DNA of 64,000 nt from positions 13,961 to 77,960 of the forward strand of contig DATLYE010000057.1 in the NCBI GenBank assembly GCA_035575135.1, written 5' to 3'. Made by a program: the position numbers and the translations under genes. Below the pieces are notes generated by a model. That model was not told the DNA's origin and searched no databases. It was given only the letters and a program-made list of their open reading frames with translations. Positions 20,901-28,886 of the stretch are shown here, piece after piece; the first letter of the stretch is position 1, and the number at the start of each line of letters is the position of its first letter. The stretch is from Bryobacteraceae bacterium (GTDB lineage Bacteria > Acidobacteriota > Terriglobia > Bryobacterales > Bryobacteraceae).

Positions 20901-20992
20901 AGGCTGCCGAGCGCGACCCGGTCTTCGGGGCCGCCCAAAGCAGCCAGCTTCAGGCTGATGGCGCCGATATCCAGGCCGATGTTGACCGCCAT
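17927..20992 (-). CDS. CoA-substrate-specific enzyme activase-like protein (two BadF/BadG/BcrA/BcrD ATPase domains plus C-terminal uncharacterised domain)
   Basis: Two ASKHA ATPase starts (NIGLDIGAISLK, FLGLDIGSVSTN). Two cluster-helix motifs (ECAAGTGSFLDQQA, ACAAGTGSFLEEQA). C-terminal Cys-rich CKACSNYCDIKEF.. domain. Confidence 0.8.
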   Translation of the reverse strand: MAVNIGLDIGAISLKLAALGGPEDRVALGSLAGEGAPFRLLEWNGLPLVISAYRRITGSPIEAAFNLLQEFYEKVPERQIEGIRVTGSGSRTIARILGIYFENEFKAIARMFSAFYPQVRTIFEIGGESSKYIRLEPQSGTGECGIVDYDRSGECAAGTGSFLDQQALRMDYAVEEVGAVVATAGCAARIAGRCSVFAKSDMIHAQQKGYTPAEILRGLCDAVARNYKASIVKGRPVVPPVALIGAVSQNSGVVQALREAFGLAAGQLFVPDLYAWCGAIGTAMLEAAERRKRSFRDIHRLNQHEAEARPRDTVPLSMDNVVLLRDRVLPYTAPPGEGPIAAFLGLDIGSVSTNVVAMDEFGRVIHDVYLRTAGRPVEAVRQGLREVEQRWGRRLDIRGVGTTGSGRELIAELIGADVVNDEITAHKTGAMHVSTTLGTEMVDTIFEIGGQDSKFIAIENGVVVDFAMNEACAAGTGSFLEEQAEKLGVSIKGEFARLALAAPAPTRLGERCTVFMERDVTGWLHKGETVPNLLAGLAYSIALNYLNRVVRGRRIGNVIYFQGGTAYNDAVAAAFAGLLGKKIIVPPYNGVMGAIGMALIARQWWLATGAPTRFRGYDLSRLKITTRDFVCKACSNYCDIKEFNIEGQKSYWGDKCSDRFRKPSATGRKPVIEDLFEFREELLTALTAERAATGPRIGIPRAMSTFDRYPFWHRYFTELGCEVVLSPPTDPTIAARGVELALAQPCYPVQIAHGHVAALAEAGVDYILVPNMLDAESEDDRIAHFCPWNQTLPFVLRSAPGLEAHAHKFLIPTLHFQLGREHVKKSLAETVRRLGVSRRSSDRAADAAYAAQREFQQRLLEAGRRALAELERWGEPGLILVGRGYNIYDRNVNCDVPRKLRHRYGANVIPIDFLVTGREPVSDLHPNMYWTSGRKILAAARLAAAHPNLHLIYISNFKCGPDSYIKHFTREAAGSPYLVLQFDGHGNDAGYMTRCEAYLDSKGILRCYRAAAAAQTAGRPQ

Positions 20993-21138
20993 GGCGGCAG
21001 CTACGGGGCGATTCCCGGAATATCATACCCCAAAGTCTCTTTATATCCGCCGGTTCGGCGGCGAACGGCTGCCGCCGGAGGCCGGACGGCGCCCGGCGGG
21101 CGGTGAACGGGAAGGCGCCGGCTGCTAGACTGAAAACC

Positions 21139-22233
21139 ATGACACGGCCGGTCGCTGTTGGATCAGGGTTTCTGCTCGTGGTGTGTTGGGTGCTCGCGCC
21201 GGCGGGCGCCCAGCAGGACGCCTGGCTTTCCAACCGCGAAGTCTTCGCGCTCCTGGACCGCGCCGTGGCGCTGATGGATTCCACGCGGGTTGCGGCTCCG
21301 GAGCTGGGCCGGGCCGGTGCGCCGCTCGCGGAAAATGCCCGCCAGGTTCTGGCGACGATGCGGGAGACCCCGGGCGCCGTGCAAAACGCGGCTCTGACCT
21401 ATCGCTTTCTGCACAACCTGCGGGCCTATCTGGCGGTGGCCGAGGCCGCACCGAAGCCGTTTCCGCTTCCGGAAGAGGCGCGCCGGCAGTTCGTGGAGCT
21501 TCGCGAGGCGGCCGAACGTCTGGAAGCCCATTTCCAGGCGCTGCTCGAGCGCAAGGAGGCCCAGTTGCGGAACCCGGATCGCGACAACCTGCGGCGGTAC
21601 GCCGAGGCGAACGCGAAGCTGGGGCCGCCGGCGCCGGGCAGGCCGCGTGTGGTGTTTCTCGGCGACTCCATCACCGACGGCTGGCGGCTGCACGAATACT
21701 TTCCGGATCGCGACTTCGTCAATCGCGGCATCAGCGGCCAGATCACCGGGGAGATGCTGGGGCGCATGAAGGCGGACGTGATTGACCTCAAGCCGGAGGC
21801 GGTTGTGGTGCTTGCCGGAACCAATGACATCGCGCGAGGCGTCCCGCTGCCGGTGATTCAGAACAACCTGACGATGATCGCCGACCTGGCGCAAGCACAC
21901 GGGATCAAGCCGCTGTTTGCCTCCCTGCTGCCTGTCAGCGATTACCACAAGGACGTCAATCCGCAGTATGAACAGACCCGGCGCCGGCCGCCCGAGACGA
22001 TCCGCGCTCTCAACCAGTGGCTGGAGCGCTTTTGCCGGGAGCGGAATTTCGTGTATGTGGACTATTACTCGAAGATGGCGGATGCGGCGGGGATGCTGGA
22101 AGCCAGTCTTTCCGACGACGGTTTGCACCCGAACGCCAAGGGTTACCGGGTCATGGCGCCGATCGTTTTGGAAGCGATCGAGCGGGCGCTGAAACCGGTC
22201 CGTCCGACCAGGAAAGGGCGCGCCCGGGGCTAA
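21139..22233 (+). CDS. Secreted SGNH/GDSL hydrolase with a helical N-terminal domain of about 165 aa
   Basis: Signal peptide MTRPVAVGSGFLLVVCWVLAPAGAQQ. SGNH blocks VVFLGDSITDGW, GTNDI and DDGLHPN. Confidence 0.8.
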   Translation: MTRPVAVGSGFLLVVCWVLAPAGAQQDAWLSNREVFALLDRAVALMDSTRVAAPELGRAGAPLAENARQVLATMRETPGAVQNAALTYRFLHNLRAYLAVAEAAPKPFPLPEEARRQFVELREAAERLEAHFQALLERKEAQLRNPDRDNLRRYAEANAKLGPPAPGRPRVVFLGDSITDGWRLHEYFPDRDFVNRGISGQITGEMLGRMKADVIDLKPEAVVVLAGTNDIARGVPLPVIQNNLTMIADLAQAHGIKPLFASLLPVSDYHKDVNPQYEQTRRRPPETIRALNQWLERFCRERNFVYVDYYSKMADAAGMLEASLSDDGLHPNAKGYRVMAPIVLEAIERALKPVRPTRKGRARG

Positions 22234-22275
22234 GAAGCAGGGAATCGCCAGCGGCGGCTGCTTCACGGATCCGGA

Positions 22276-22635
22276 TCAATCCGGGCAGTACTCGGCCGGC
22301 AGCGGGCCGCCCTGCACCAGCCGCGCCTTCAGTTCGCGGGCGTGCGAGCACTGTCCGCGGTACTGGAAGCCCGGGCAGCTGCAAGTGACATCGCCCGCCG
22401 CGTCGCATTCGAGCAGATAAGAAACGCCCGGTCGAGCCCGAATCAGTGGGGCGAGGAGGCGCAGGCGGTCCTTGCTCTGGCGCGCGGCCGAGCCCTCACC
22501 GCGCATGTTGGCCAGCAGCAGCCCCACGACGCGCGCCATTTCCGCGGCCCCGATGCCGGGCCGCACCTCCACGGGCAGCCACTGCCGCAGCTTCGGCGGC
22601 AGCGCCAGCACCTGGTCCTTGCTCCGCCTGAGCAT
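22276..22635 (-). CDS. Small SWIM zinc-finger protein, possibly a remnant of an SNF2-family helicase
   Basis: SWIM motif CSCPGFQYRGQCSH (CxCxnCxH). The N-terminus MLRRSKDQVLALPPKLRQWLPVEV resembles the SNF2 block LRRxKxxVLxxLPxK. A shifted frame just upstream reads ..NLDELAVQL. Confidence 0.45.
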   Translation of the reverse strand: MLRRSKDQVLALPPKLRQWLPVEVRPGIGAAEMARVVGLLLANMRGEGSAARQSKDRLRLLAPLIRARPGVSYLLECDAAGDVTCSCPGFQYRGQCSHARELKARLVQGGPLPAEYCPD

Positions 22636-22747
22636 GACGCGTGCAACTGTACGGCCAGCTCATCGAGGTTCGACGCCCCGTCGGTGACCCAGCCGTGGCC
22701 GTGCGGCTTCGTTCGCGCCACCAATGGGTTCAGTCGGAAGCCCGTGT

Positions 22748-24106
22748 TTACTCGAGGCCGAACTCGCGCAGTTTGTCATAGAGCAAGCGGCGGTTGATCT
22801 TGAGGAGCTCCGCCGCCCGTGTCCGGTTGCCGCCGCTGGCCTGGAGCGCGCGCACGATCATGGAGCGCTCCAGTTTCCGGACGGCTTCGTGCATCCCTTC
22901 TTCGAGCGGGATGGCTGAAAACGGATCGGCGGGGCGCAGGCCTGCCCCTTCTTCGACGTGCTCGGGGAGGATCAACCCGCCGCGGCTCAACACGAGCGCC
23001 CGTTCCAGGCAGTGCTCGAGTTCCCGGACGTTGCCGGGCCAGGAGCGGGCGCGCAAGGCCGTCAAGGTTTCGGGGGCGAGGGCCGGAGGGGGCAGCTTCA
23101 AGCGGGCGGCACAGCGCCGCAGGAGGAACTCGGCCAGCTCCGGCAGGTCTTCCATCCGTTCGCGCAGCGGCGGCACCCGGAGGATGACGACCTTGAGCCG
23201 GTAATAGAGGTCCTCGCGGAAGCGCCCCTCCTTGACGGCCCGCTCCAGATCCTGATTGGTGGCCGCGAGCACGCGCACATCCAGAGGAATGGGGGTGTTG
23301 GATCCGAGCCGCTCAATGGTGTGATCCTGGAGCACCCGCAGGAGCTTGGCCTGCGTGGCAGGGCTGAGTTCGCCGATCTCATCGAGGAAGATGGTTCCGC
23401 CGTCGGCGAATTCGAACTTGCCGGTGCGCCGCTGCAGGGCGCCGGTGAACGCTCCGCGTTCGTAGCCGAACAGCTCTGCCTCGAGGAGCGTTTCCGGGAT
23501 GCCGGCGCAGTTGACTTTGACGAGCCTGCGGCCGGCGCGGCGGCTGTGGGCGTGAATGGCCTCGGCCACCAGTTCCTTGCCGGTGCCGGATTCTCCGAGA
23601 ATGAGCACCGTGGATTCGGCGGGGGCCACCTGGCCGATGAGCTTGTAGAGGCGCTGCATGGCGGGGGAACGTCCCACCATCTCGGCCGGATGGGAGGCGG
23701 CCTCGAGCCGGTAGGCTTCCAGCTCCTCCATGCGGCGCCGGTTTTCAATCGCCCGAGCCAGCTGGATGCGGAGTTCGTCGAAGTGCACGGGCTTGATGAG
23801 GTAGTCGAAGGCGCCGAGCGCCATGGCTTCTATGGCCACGGCACTGGAGCCGTAGGCGGTCATCACCAGGACCGCGGGAGGCGAGGGTTGCGCGCGCAGT
23901 TCCCGCAGTACGGCCAAGCCGTCCTTGCCAGGCAACCGGATATCGAGCAGGACTGCGTCGGGCGTTCGTTCGCCGAGCACCCGTAACGTTTCCTCACCGT
24001 CTGCCGCCGTGAGGACCTCGTAGCCTTCGTCCTCGAGCAGAGCGCGCAGCGATTCCCTGGCCCGCGCCTCGTCCTCGGCTACGAGTACGGATCCCTTCCG
24101 CCTCAT
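22748..24106 (-). CDS. Sigma54-dependent Fis-family response regulator (NtrC-like)
   Basis: REC domain ([19 protein letters not shown]). AAA+ sigma54-interaction domain ([34 protein letters not shown]). C-terminal Fis HTH. The ATG overlaps the kinase stop (ATGA). Confidence 0.92.
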   Translation of the reverse strand: MRRKGSVLVAEDEARARESLRALLEDEGYEVLTAADGEETLRVLGERTPDAVLLDIRLPGKDGLAVLRELRAQPSPPAVLVMTAYGSSAVAIEAMALGAFDYLIKPVHFDELRIQLARAIENRRRMEELEAYRLEAASHPAEMVGRSPAMQRLYKLIGQVAPAESTVLILGESGTGKELVAEAIHAHSRRAGRRLVKVNCAGIPETLLEAELFGYERGAFTGALQRRTGKFEFADGGTIFLDEIGELSPATQAKLLRVLQDHTIERLGSNTPIPLDVRVLAATNQDLERAVKEGRFREDLYYRLKVVILRVPPLRERMEDLPELAEFLLRRCAARLKLPPPALAPETLTALRARSWPGNVRELEHCLERALVLSRGGLILPEHVEEGAGLRPADPFSAIPLEEGMHEAVRKLERSMIVRALQASGGNRTRAAELLKINRRLLYDKLREFGLE

Positions 24107-25566
24107 GTCTGCACACTCCGCACGGGAAGGCACAGCCGGAACGTCGTGCCCGCCGGACCGGTTTCGAAATCGAGTTGCCCGCCGTGCCGGCCGACGATCT
24201 CGCGCGATACGGCGAGGCCCAAGCCTGTGCCGTTCGGTTTGGTGGTGAAAAACGCATCAAAGACGTAGGGCCGGACTTCTTCCGGGATGCCGGGGCCGTG
24301 GTCCGTAACCGTAATCACGACCCCGTCATGCTGCGGGGTGCACCGCACTTCGACGGCTCGGCCCGGCGGTGATGCTTCGACGGCATTCAGCAGCAGGTTG
24401 AGCAGCACCTGCTGGATCTGGGCCGCATCCACTTCGGCGACCAGCGTGGTTTGGGGGGCGGGGTGTAGTTTCACCTCCACGCCTTTGGGGCGTGCGGACT
24501 CCGCGGCCATGCGCACGGCCTGCTCGACGACGGGCACGAGGTCCTGGGGGCGGCGGTCCGCCGGCGCGTCCCTGCCGAAGGCGAGCAGCCGCGTCAAGAT
24601 GGCGTCGAGGCGATCCACTTGTCCCAGGGCCGCCTCCACGTCCTCCGGGCGGGCGGCGCCCTTCTCCATCCGGCGCCAGAGCAGCTCCAGGGTGAGGCGG
24701 AGAGAGTTGAGCGGGTTGCGGATCTCGTGGGCGACGACAGCCACGAGCTTGCCGAGCACGGCCAGCCGGTCCTGGCGCCGGAGCTCGCCTTCGAGTGCGG
24801 CGCGGCGGCCGGCCATCTGATTCACCGCTTGTGCGATTTCCCCGAGCTCGCCCGGGATGGCGGGCAGGCGGTAAGAAAAATCCTGCTCCAGGCGGCGGAG
24901 GCCGCTACGGATGGTCTGCACTCCGGAGCGGAGGAACAGCCACACGGACAGGGTGCCGGCGATGCCCAAGGCGGCCGACAGCGCCAGTGCGGCGGTCCAG
25001 GCGGTGCGCCGGCCGGTTCCGGGTTCGTCCGCCCATGAGATGTGCTTGAGGGTCCAGGCAGCCGCGTCGCTGTCGCCAGCCGGTTCGGCCGCGGCCACGG
25101 CCCGGTCTCCGTTCCAGGATGCGGTGCGGGTGACGAGCCTGTTGCGGGCGCGGGCCTGCGCCACCGTTTCCGCGATGAGGGCCTTTTCCTGGGGGCGCGG
25201 TTCCTTTCCGGCGGCCCCGGTGGGAAAGACATATCCGGCCAGGCGGCCGGGCGCAAGGTAGAACCCGCCTTGCATTCCTTCGTAGGAGCGGAGAACGGCG
25301 GCGGCGAGTCCGCGCAGGGAGATGTCCTGGGCCTCGAAGGGAAGTTCGGCCAGCGCTTCGCCGCCGTAGGCCAGGCGGTCGCGGAACTGCTCGCTCAGTT
25401 CGCGGCAGGCGCCGATGGCCTGAAGGCGTGCCTCTTCGAGCAGCTTGCTTTCGGTGCCGCGAACGACTTCGCGCACGAGCAGGAAGGCCAGTGCGAGCGT
25501 GGCTGCGGAGGCCAGCGTGATGATGGAGACCTGAACGCGAAAGCTCGCGGGAACGGGCCAGGGCAC
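24103..25566 (-). CDS. Sensor histidine kinase (two TM segments, periplasmic domain, HAMP, HisKA, HATPase_c)
   Basis: H-box VAHEIRNPLNSL. N/G boxes LLNLLLNAVEA, DHGPGIPEE and GTGLGLAVSREIV. GTG 25566 proposed as the start (..PWPVPASFRVQVSIITLASAATLALAFLLV), 8 nt after the upstream stop. The start is uncertain. Confidence 0.85.
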   Translation of the reverse strand: MPWPVPASFRVQVSIITLASAATLALAFLLVREVVRGTESKLLEEARLQAIGACRELSEQFRDRLAYGGEALAELPFEAQDISLRGLAAAVLRSYEGMQGGFYLAPGRLAGYVFPTGAAGKEPRPQEKALIAETVAQARARNRLVTRTASWNGDRAVAAAEPAGDSDAAAWTLKHISWADEPGTGRRTAWTAALALSAALGIAGTLSVWLFLRSGVQTIRSGLRRLEQDFSYRLPAIPGELGEIAQAVNQMAGRRAALEGELRRQDRLAVLGKLVAVVAHEIRNPLNSLRLTLELLWRRMEKGAARPEDVEAALGQVDRLDAILTRLLAFGRDAPADRRPQDLVPVVEQAVRMAAESARPKGVEVKLHPAPQTTLVAEVDAAQIQQVLLNLLLNAVEASPPGRAVEVRCTPQHDGVVITVTDHGPGIPEEVRPYVFDAFFTTKPNGTGLGLAVSREIVGRHGGQLDFETGPAGTTFRLCLPVRSVQT

Positions 25567-25573
25567 GGCGGCG

Positions 25574-26173
25574 TCATTCCAGCCTCGGCGGTTCGGGGAT
25601 GCGGACCGCCGCTTGGGCGAGTTTCTCCAGGGCGCTGACAATCTCGCCGGCCGCTTCGCCCAGTTTCTGCGCCCGACGGTATTGCCGCGCGTCGTAGGCC
25701 CGGCGGGCCTGCTGGTACAGGCTCCGGGCATGCTGGACGTAGAGGTGCGCATCCGGCTCCCGGCTCAGCTCGGCGAAGTATTCGGCCTGGCGGACGCGGA
25801 AATAATAGCGCTGCAGGTCCAGGGCGGCTTCGCGCTGGGAGGCGTCCGCCGGCTGCCGTTCCGGCGAGCGGCTCTCGAAGAGCTCTTCGCTCGCCTCGAG
25901 CAGGTCGTCGGCGGCGCGGAGCAGGCGGTCAAAGACGTAGTCGTCGGCCCGCGCGCCACGGGCGCGTTCCAGGATGGCGGCGGCTCGCGCGTGCAGGAAA
26001 TCGTGTTCCGGCGCCGCGCTGGACCGCGACAGACGCCGGTTCAGTTTCCGCGACATTTCCTCGAGTTTTTCTTCCTGCTTGCGCTCGCGCTTGCGGTCCT
26101 GCTGCGCGGCGGTGATGCCGCAGCTCACGGCCGCCAGGGCGGCCAAGGTGCAACCGAGCCAAAGAATTTTCAC
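25574..26173 (-). CDS. Hypothetical all-helical secreted protein or lipoprotein
   Basis: Signal/lipobox-like MKILWLGCTLAALAAVSCG. Highly charged helical sequence with repeated Y..AR..Y patterns (LYVQHARSLYQQARRAYDARQYRRAQ). No family recognised. Sandwiched 19 nt after the receptor gene and 8 nt before the kinase. Confidence 0.55.
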   Translation of the reverse strand: MKILWLGCTLAALAAVSCGITAAQQDRKRERKQEEKLEEMSRKLNRRLSRSSAAPEHDFLHARAAAILERARGARADDYVFDRLLRAADDLLEASEELFESRSPERQPADASQREAALDLQRYYFRVRQAEYFAELSREPDAHLYVQHARSLYQQARRAYDARQYRRAQKLGEAAGEIVSALEKLAQAAVRIPEPPRLE

Positions 26174-26192
26174 CGGTTCATCTCATGGGATA

Positions 26193-28703
26193 TCAGAATT
26201 TCAGCTCGAGGGAAACCTGAAGGCGCCGGGGAGGTTCGGCGGCCACGGGGCGTCCGAAAAATGGGGAACTTTGGTTCCCTACTATTCGCGTTGGATTGAC
26301 CCGGTTGATGACGTTGAAGGCGTCCACAGCCAGCTCGACGGCGGGCGGCTCACCGCGGCCGTCGCGGCTTCGCAGAGGGAACGCACGGGACCAGCGCAGG
26401 TCCAGGTTGAAGGCGCCGGGGCCGCGCAGTCCGTTCCGGCTTGCCCCGGCAGGGCGGTCCAGCGCCCGGCCGTCACGGTTGTCGTCCCGTCCGGTGGTGA
26501 GCGTGTACGGCTGCCCGGACGCCGCTTCCACGATCGCACCCAGCGCGAACCAGCGTCCTGCGCGAAGACGCCCGTAGGCCCGGAAGCGATGGCGGCGATC
26601 GAAGCTTGCCGGACCCCACTCTCCGGTTAAATCGTGGCTGTCGGCGGGGAAAGAGTCGGGACCGTCGGTGTCATTTTCGCTGCGGCCGAGTTCGTAGATC
26701 AGAGCGCCTGTAAACCAGCGCGCCAGTTCGCCGCGCAGGCCTGCTTCCAGGGCATGGGCCGTCAGAGCCGCCGAGCCCTCGATCTGCTGGATCACGGCCG
26801 CCGAGGGATCCGGACGGAGGTACAAGGGCGGAAGAGGGGCATTGAGGTCGCGCGAGCGGAGCAGGCCGCGGCCCCGGATGCCCGAATAGTTCAGCGTGAG
26901 TGCGGTTTTCGGCTTCAGTTCGAGTTCGATTCCGGTACTGTAGTGCAGCAGCCGGGGCAGCCGGAGTCGTTCTTCGAGGCGCACCACGTTCGGAGGCAAG
27001 GCAAGCGGCGAGCCTGCCGCGCGGGGAAACGAGGGATCGAGGATGAGGATTTCGCGCAGGCGCCTGCCATCCAAAAGGAGCGAGTCTTGCACGACGCCGG
27101 TCGGGAGGCGGGAATAGTACAGCCCGGAGCCGGCACGCAGGAGCAATTTGGGATGCGGCGACCAGGCTGCCGCCAGGCGCGGAGCGAGGTTTTTATATCG
27201 GCGAGGGTGGCTGTGGCCTTCCCACCGCAGACCGATTGCGAGCGAAAGGTTGTTTTGGAGCCGCACGTCGTCTTGCACAAAGCCGGCCATCGCGGTCTTC
27301 CAGAAGCGCGCGCGGCCGTCTCCTTCGCGCCGGCTGAAGGAGAAGGGGCGGCCTTCGAGAAAATCTGCCAGCGAAGAGAAGCGAAACACGCCGTCGCGCA
27401 TCCGGAGGTCCGCCACCGCCCAGCGGGCGAATTCGGGGAACTGAAGCCCGGCGCGGATCGAGTGCCTGCCCCGCGAGGCTGCCCAGGCTTGGCTGAGTTC
27501 GATCCGCTGCCGCCGCAGGGTGTAGTCCTGCTGGGCGCCGCCCGCGGTGAATGCATCGAGAACGACCAATCTCGGCACGCCTGTATGCAGGCTGTTCCGG
27601 GAGACGTTCTCCGACTCCCAGCGCAGGTGGAGTTCGTGCAGGGCCGCCGGGCCGGCGAGTGCGCGCCAGCTCAGGCGGAGCCCGTGTTCCCGTTCCTGAT
27701 TCCGGTAGGCGGTCTCGGGCAGGTCAAAACCGCCGGCGCCTGCCAGCGCCGTTTCGCGGTCCAGATCATAGCGCAGCAGCAGTGCGCCGCCGCTCGCCAG
27801 ATCTTTTCGGAGCGTAAGCGAGAGTTCGGTCTCGCGCTCGGGCTGCGGGGTCTGCTGACTGACCAACCCCTGCGGGGTTCTGGCATAGACGGTGGCCCAC
27901 TCGTCCTGTTCGGAACGCTCGGCGCTCAGAACGAACGTGGTTCTGGCTCCGAGCGGCAGGGGGCCGGTCAGATGGCCCTCGACGATGCGCCGCTGTTCCG
28001 GCGGGCGCTCGGAGGCAAATGCATTGCGGGCGTTCAAGCGGTGATCCCGGAAGACAAACGCGGCTGTGCCGTGCAGGCGGGGCGTGCCTTGGCGTGTGAT
28101 GAATTCGATGCGCCCCCGGCCGGGGTCGCCGAACTCGGCCGAATACGGATTCCGGTTGATGCGCACTTCTTGGACGGCCGAGCGTGTGACTCCCAGCCGG
28201 TTTGTCTCCATACCGTCCACGACCAGCGCCGCAGCCCCGAGGGCGGGATCGAGATAGCGCGCCGCCAAGTTCAGGGGGTCGCGATCGAGCGACGGCAAGC
28301 CCTCGAGCAATTCGGGGTTGAAGGCGACGAGGTCTCGATTGGCCTCTGGGTTGACGCTGAGCTGCTCCGGCTCGCCACTCACGGTCATTTGCTGGCGCAT
28401 CGGCGCCAGGCGCAGCGCGATACGGAGGGGCGCCGAGCCGGGTTCCGCGGGAACGGAGGCGGGCTGGAAATGTTCGTGCCGGACCTCCACCGTGCACGCG
28501 CGGCCGTAGATGGCCGGCAGGCGGAAGCGGCCTTCGGCGTCCGTTGTCGTGCTTGCTTCGTCGCGGCCGTCGCAACGCAGGCGGACGAGTGCGGAAGGGA
28601 CGGAAGCGCCGCTCGGATCGAGCACCCGGCCGCGGAGCTCGGCCGCAACTTGGGTGACGAGCGGAAACGCGGACAGCAGACCCACCACGGGCAGGCGCCG
28701 CAT
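26193..28703 (-). CDS. TonB-dependent receptor-like outer membrane protein with CarboxypepD_reg N-domain
   Basis: Signal peptide. LRGRVLDPSGASVPSALVRL..TDAEGRFRL (carboxypeptidase regulatory-like fold). Plug-like VVDGMETN..VQEVRINRNPYSAEFGDPGRGRIEFITRQG. C-terminal LQVSLELKF. Confidence 0.8.
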   Translation of the reverse strand: MRRLPVVGLLSAFPLVTQVAAELRGRVLDPSGASVPSALVRLRCDGRDEASTTTDAEGRFRLPAIYGRACTVEVRHEHFQPASVPAEPGSAPLRIALRLAPMRQQMTVSGEPEQLSVNPEANRDLVAFNPELLEGLPSLDRDPLNLAARYLDPALGAAALVVDGMETNRLGVTRSAVQEVRINRNPYSAEFGDPGRGRIEFITRQGTPRLHGTAAFVFRDHRLNARNAFASERPPEQRRIVEGHLTGPLPLGARTTFVLSAERSEQDEWATVYARTPQGLVSQQTPQPERETELSLTLRKDLASGGALLLRYDLDRETALAGAGGFDLPETAYRNQEREHGLRLSWRALAGPAALHELHLRWESENVSRNSLHTGVPRLVVLDAFTAGGAQQDYTLRRQRIELSQAWAASRGRHSIRAGLQFPEFARWAVADLRMRDGVFRFSSLADFLEGRPFSFSRREGDGRARFWKTAMAGFVQDDVRLQNNLSLAIGLRWEGHSHPRRYKNLAPRLAAAWSPHPKLLLRAGSGLYYSRLPTGVVQDSLLLDGRRLREILILDPSFPRAAGSPLALPPNVVRLEERLRLPRLLHYSTGIELELKPKTALTLNYSGIRGRGLLRSRDLNAPLPPLYLRPDPSAAVIQQIEGSAALTAHALEAGLRGELARWFTGALIYELGRSENDTDGPDSFPADSHDLTGEWGPASFDRRHRFRAYGRLRAGRWFALGAIVEAASGQPYTLTTGRDDNRDGRALDRPAGASRNGLRGPGAFNLDLRWSRAFPLRSRDGRGEPPAVELAVDAFNVINRVNPTRIVGNQSSPFFGRPVAAEPPRRLQVSLELKF

Positions 28704-28870
28704 GGCACCCCGTAAGGGGGCACGGCGCGGGCCAAACTTCCCGTCGAGGTTACAGTGACTTAGAGCTCGTCACACCCTCGCGGCCGTCCGCTTTCCACAC
28801 AGGCGCTGTTCGCCCGGCTCACGGGTCCGGTTGCCCGGCCGTGTCTTCCGAGTGAAGCGGCTTTCTTTAC

Positions 28871-28886
28871 AGGCGTACGTACGCCT
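28871..28886. repeat. Perfect 16-bp palindrome AGGCGTACGTACGCCT
   Basis: Self-complementary as read directly. Overlaps the stop codon (28885-28887) of the upstream receptor gene and lies about 170 bp upstream of the next receptor gene's ATG. Confidence 0.9.

Noticed and set aside
18422-21106. 894-aa plus-strand ORF, the longest of several overlapping ORFs in this span
   Set aside because: It lies fully antisense to the activase gene, whose product has clear double ASKHA domains. Its translation is Ala/Gly/Arg/Val/Asp-rich with no recognisable motif, which is typical of an off-frame ORF in high-GC DNA.
26634-28715. 693-aa plus-strand ORF
   Set aside because: Antisense to the 836-aa receptor gene. 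No motif support.
28720-28734. Sigma54-like -24/-12 element (TGGCCC-N5-GTGC on the minus strand) upstream of the 836-aa receptor gene
   Set aside because: The match is imperfect at both boxes. It lies only about 15 nt from the ATG, leaving no room for a normal leader or SD, and GG-N10-GC arises easily by chance in this composition. It is mentioned in one finding but not called as a feature.
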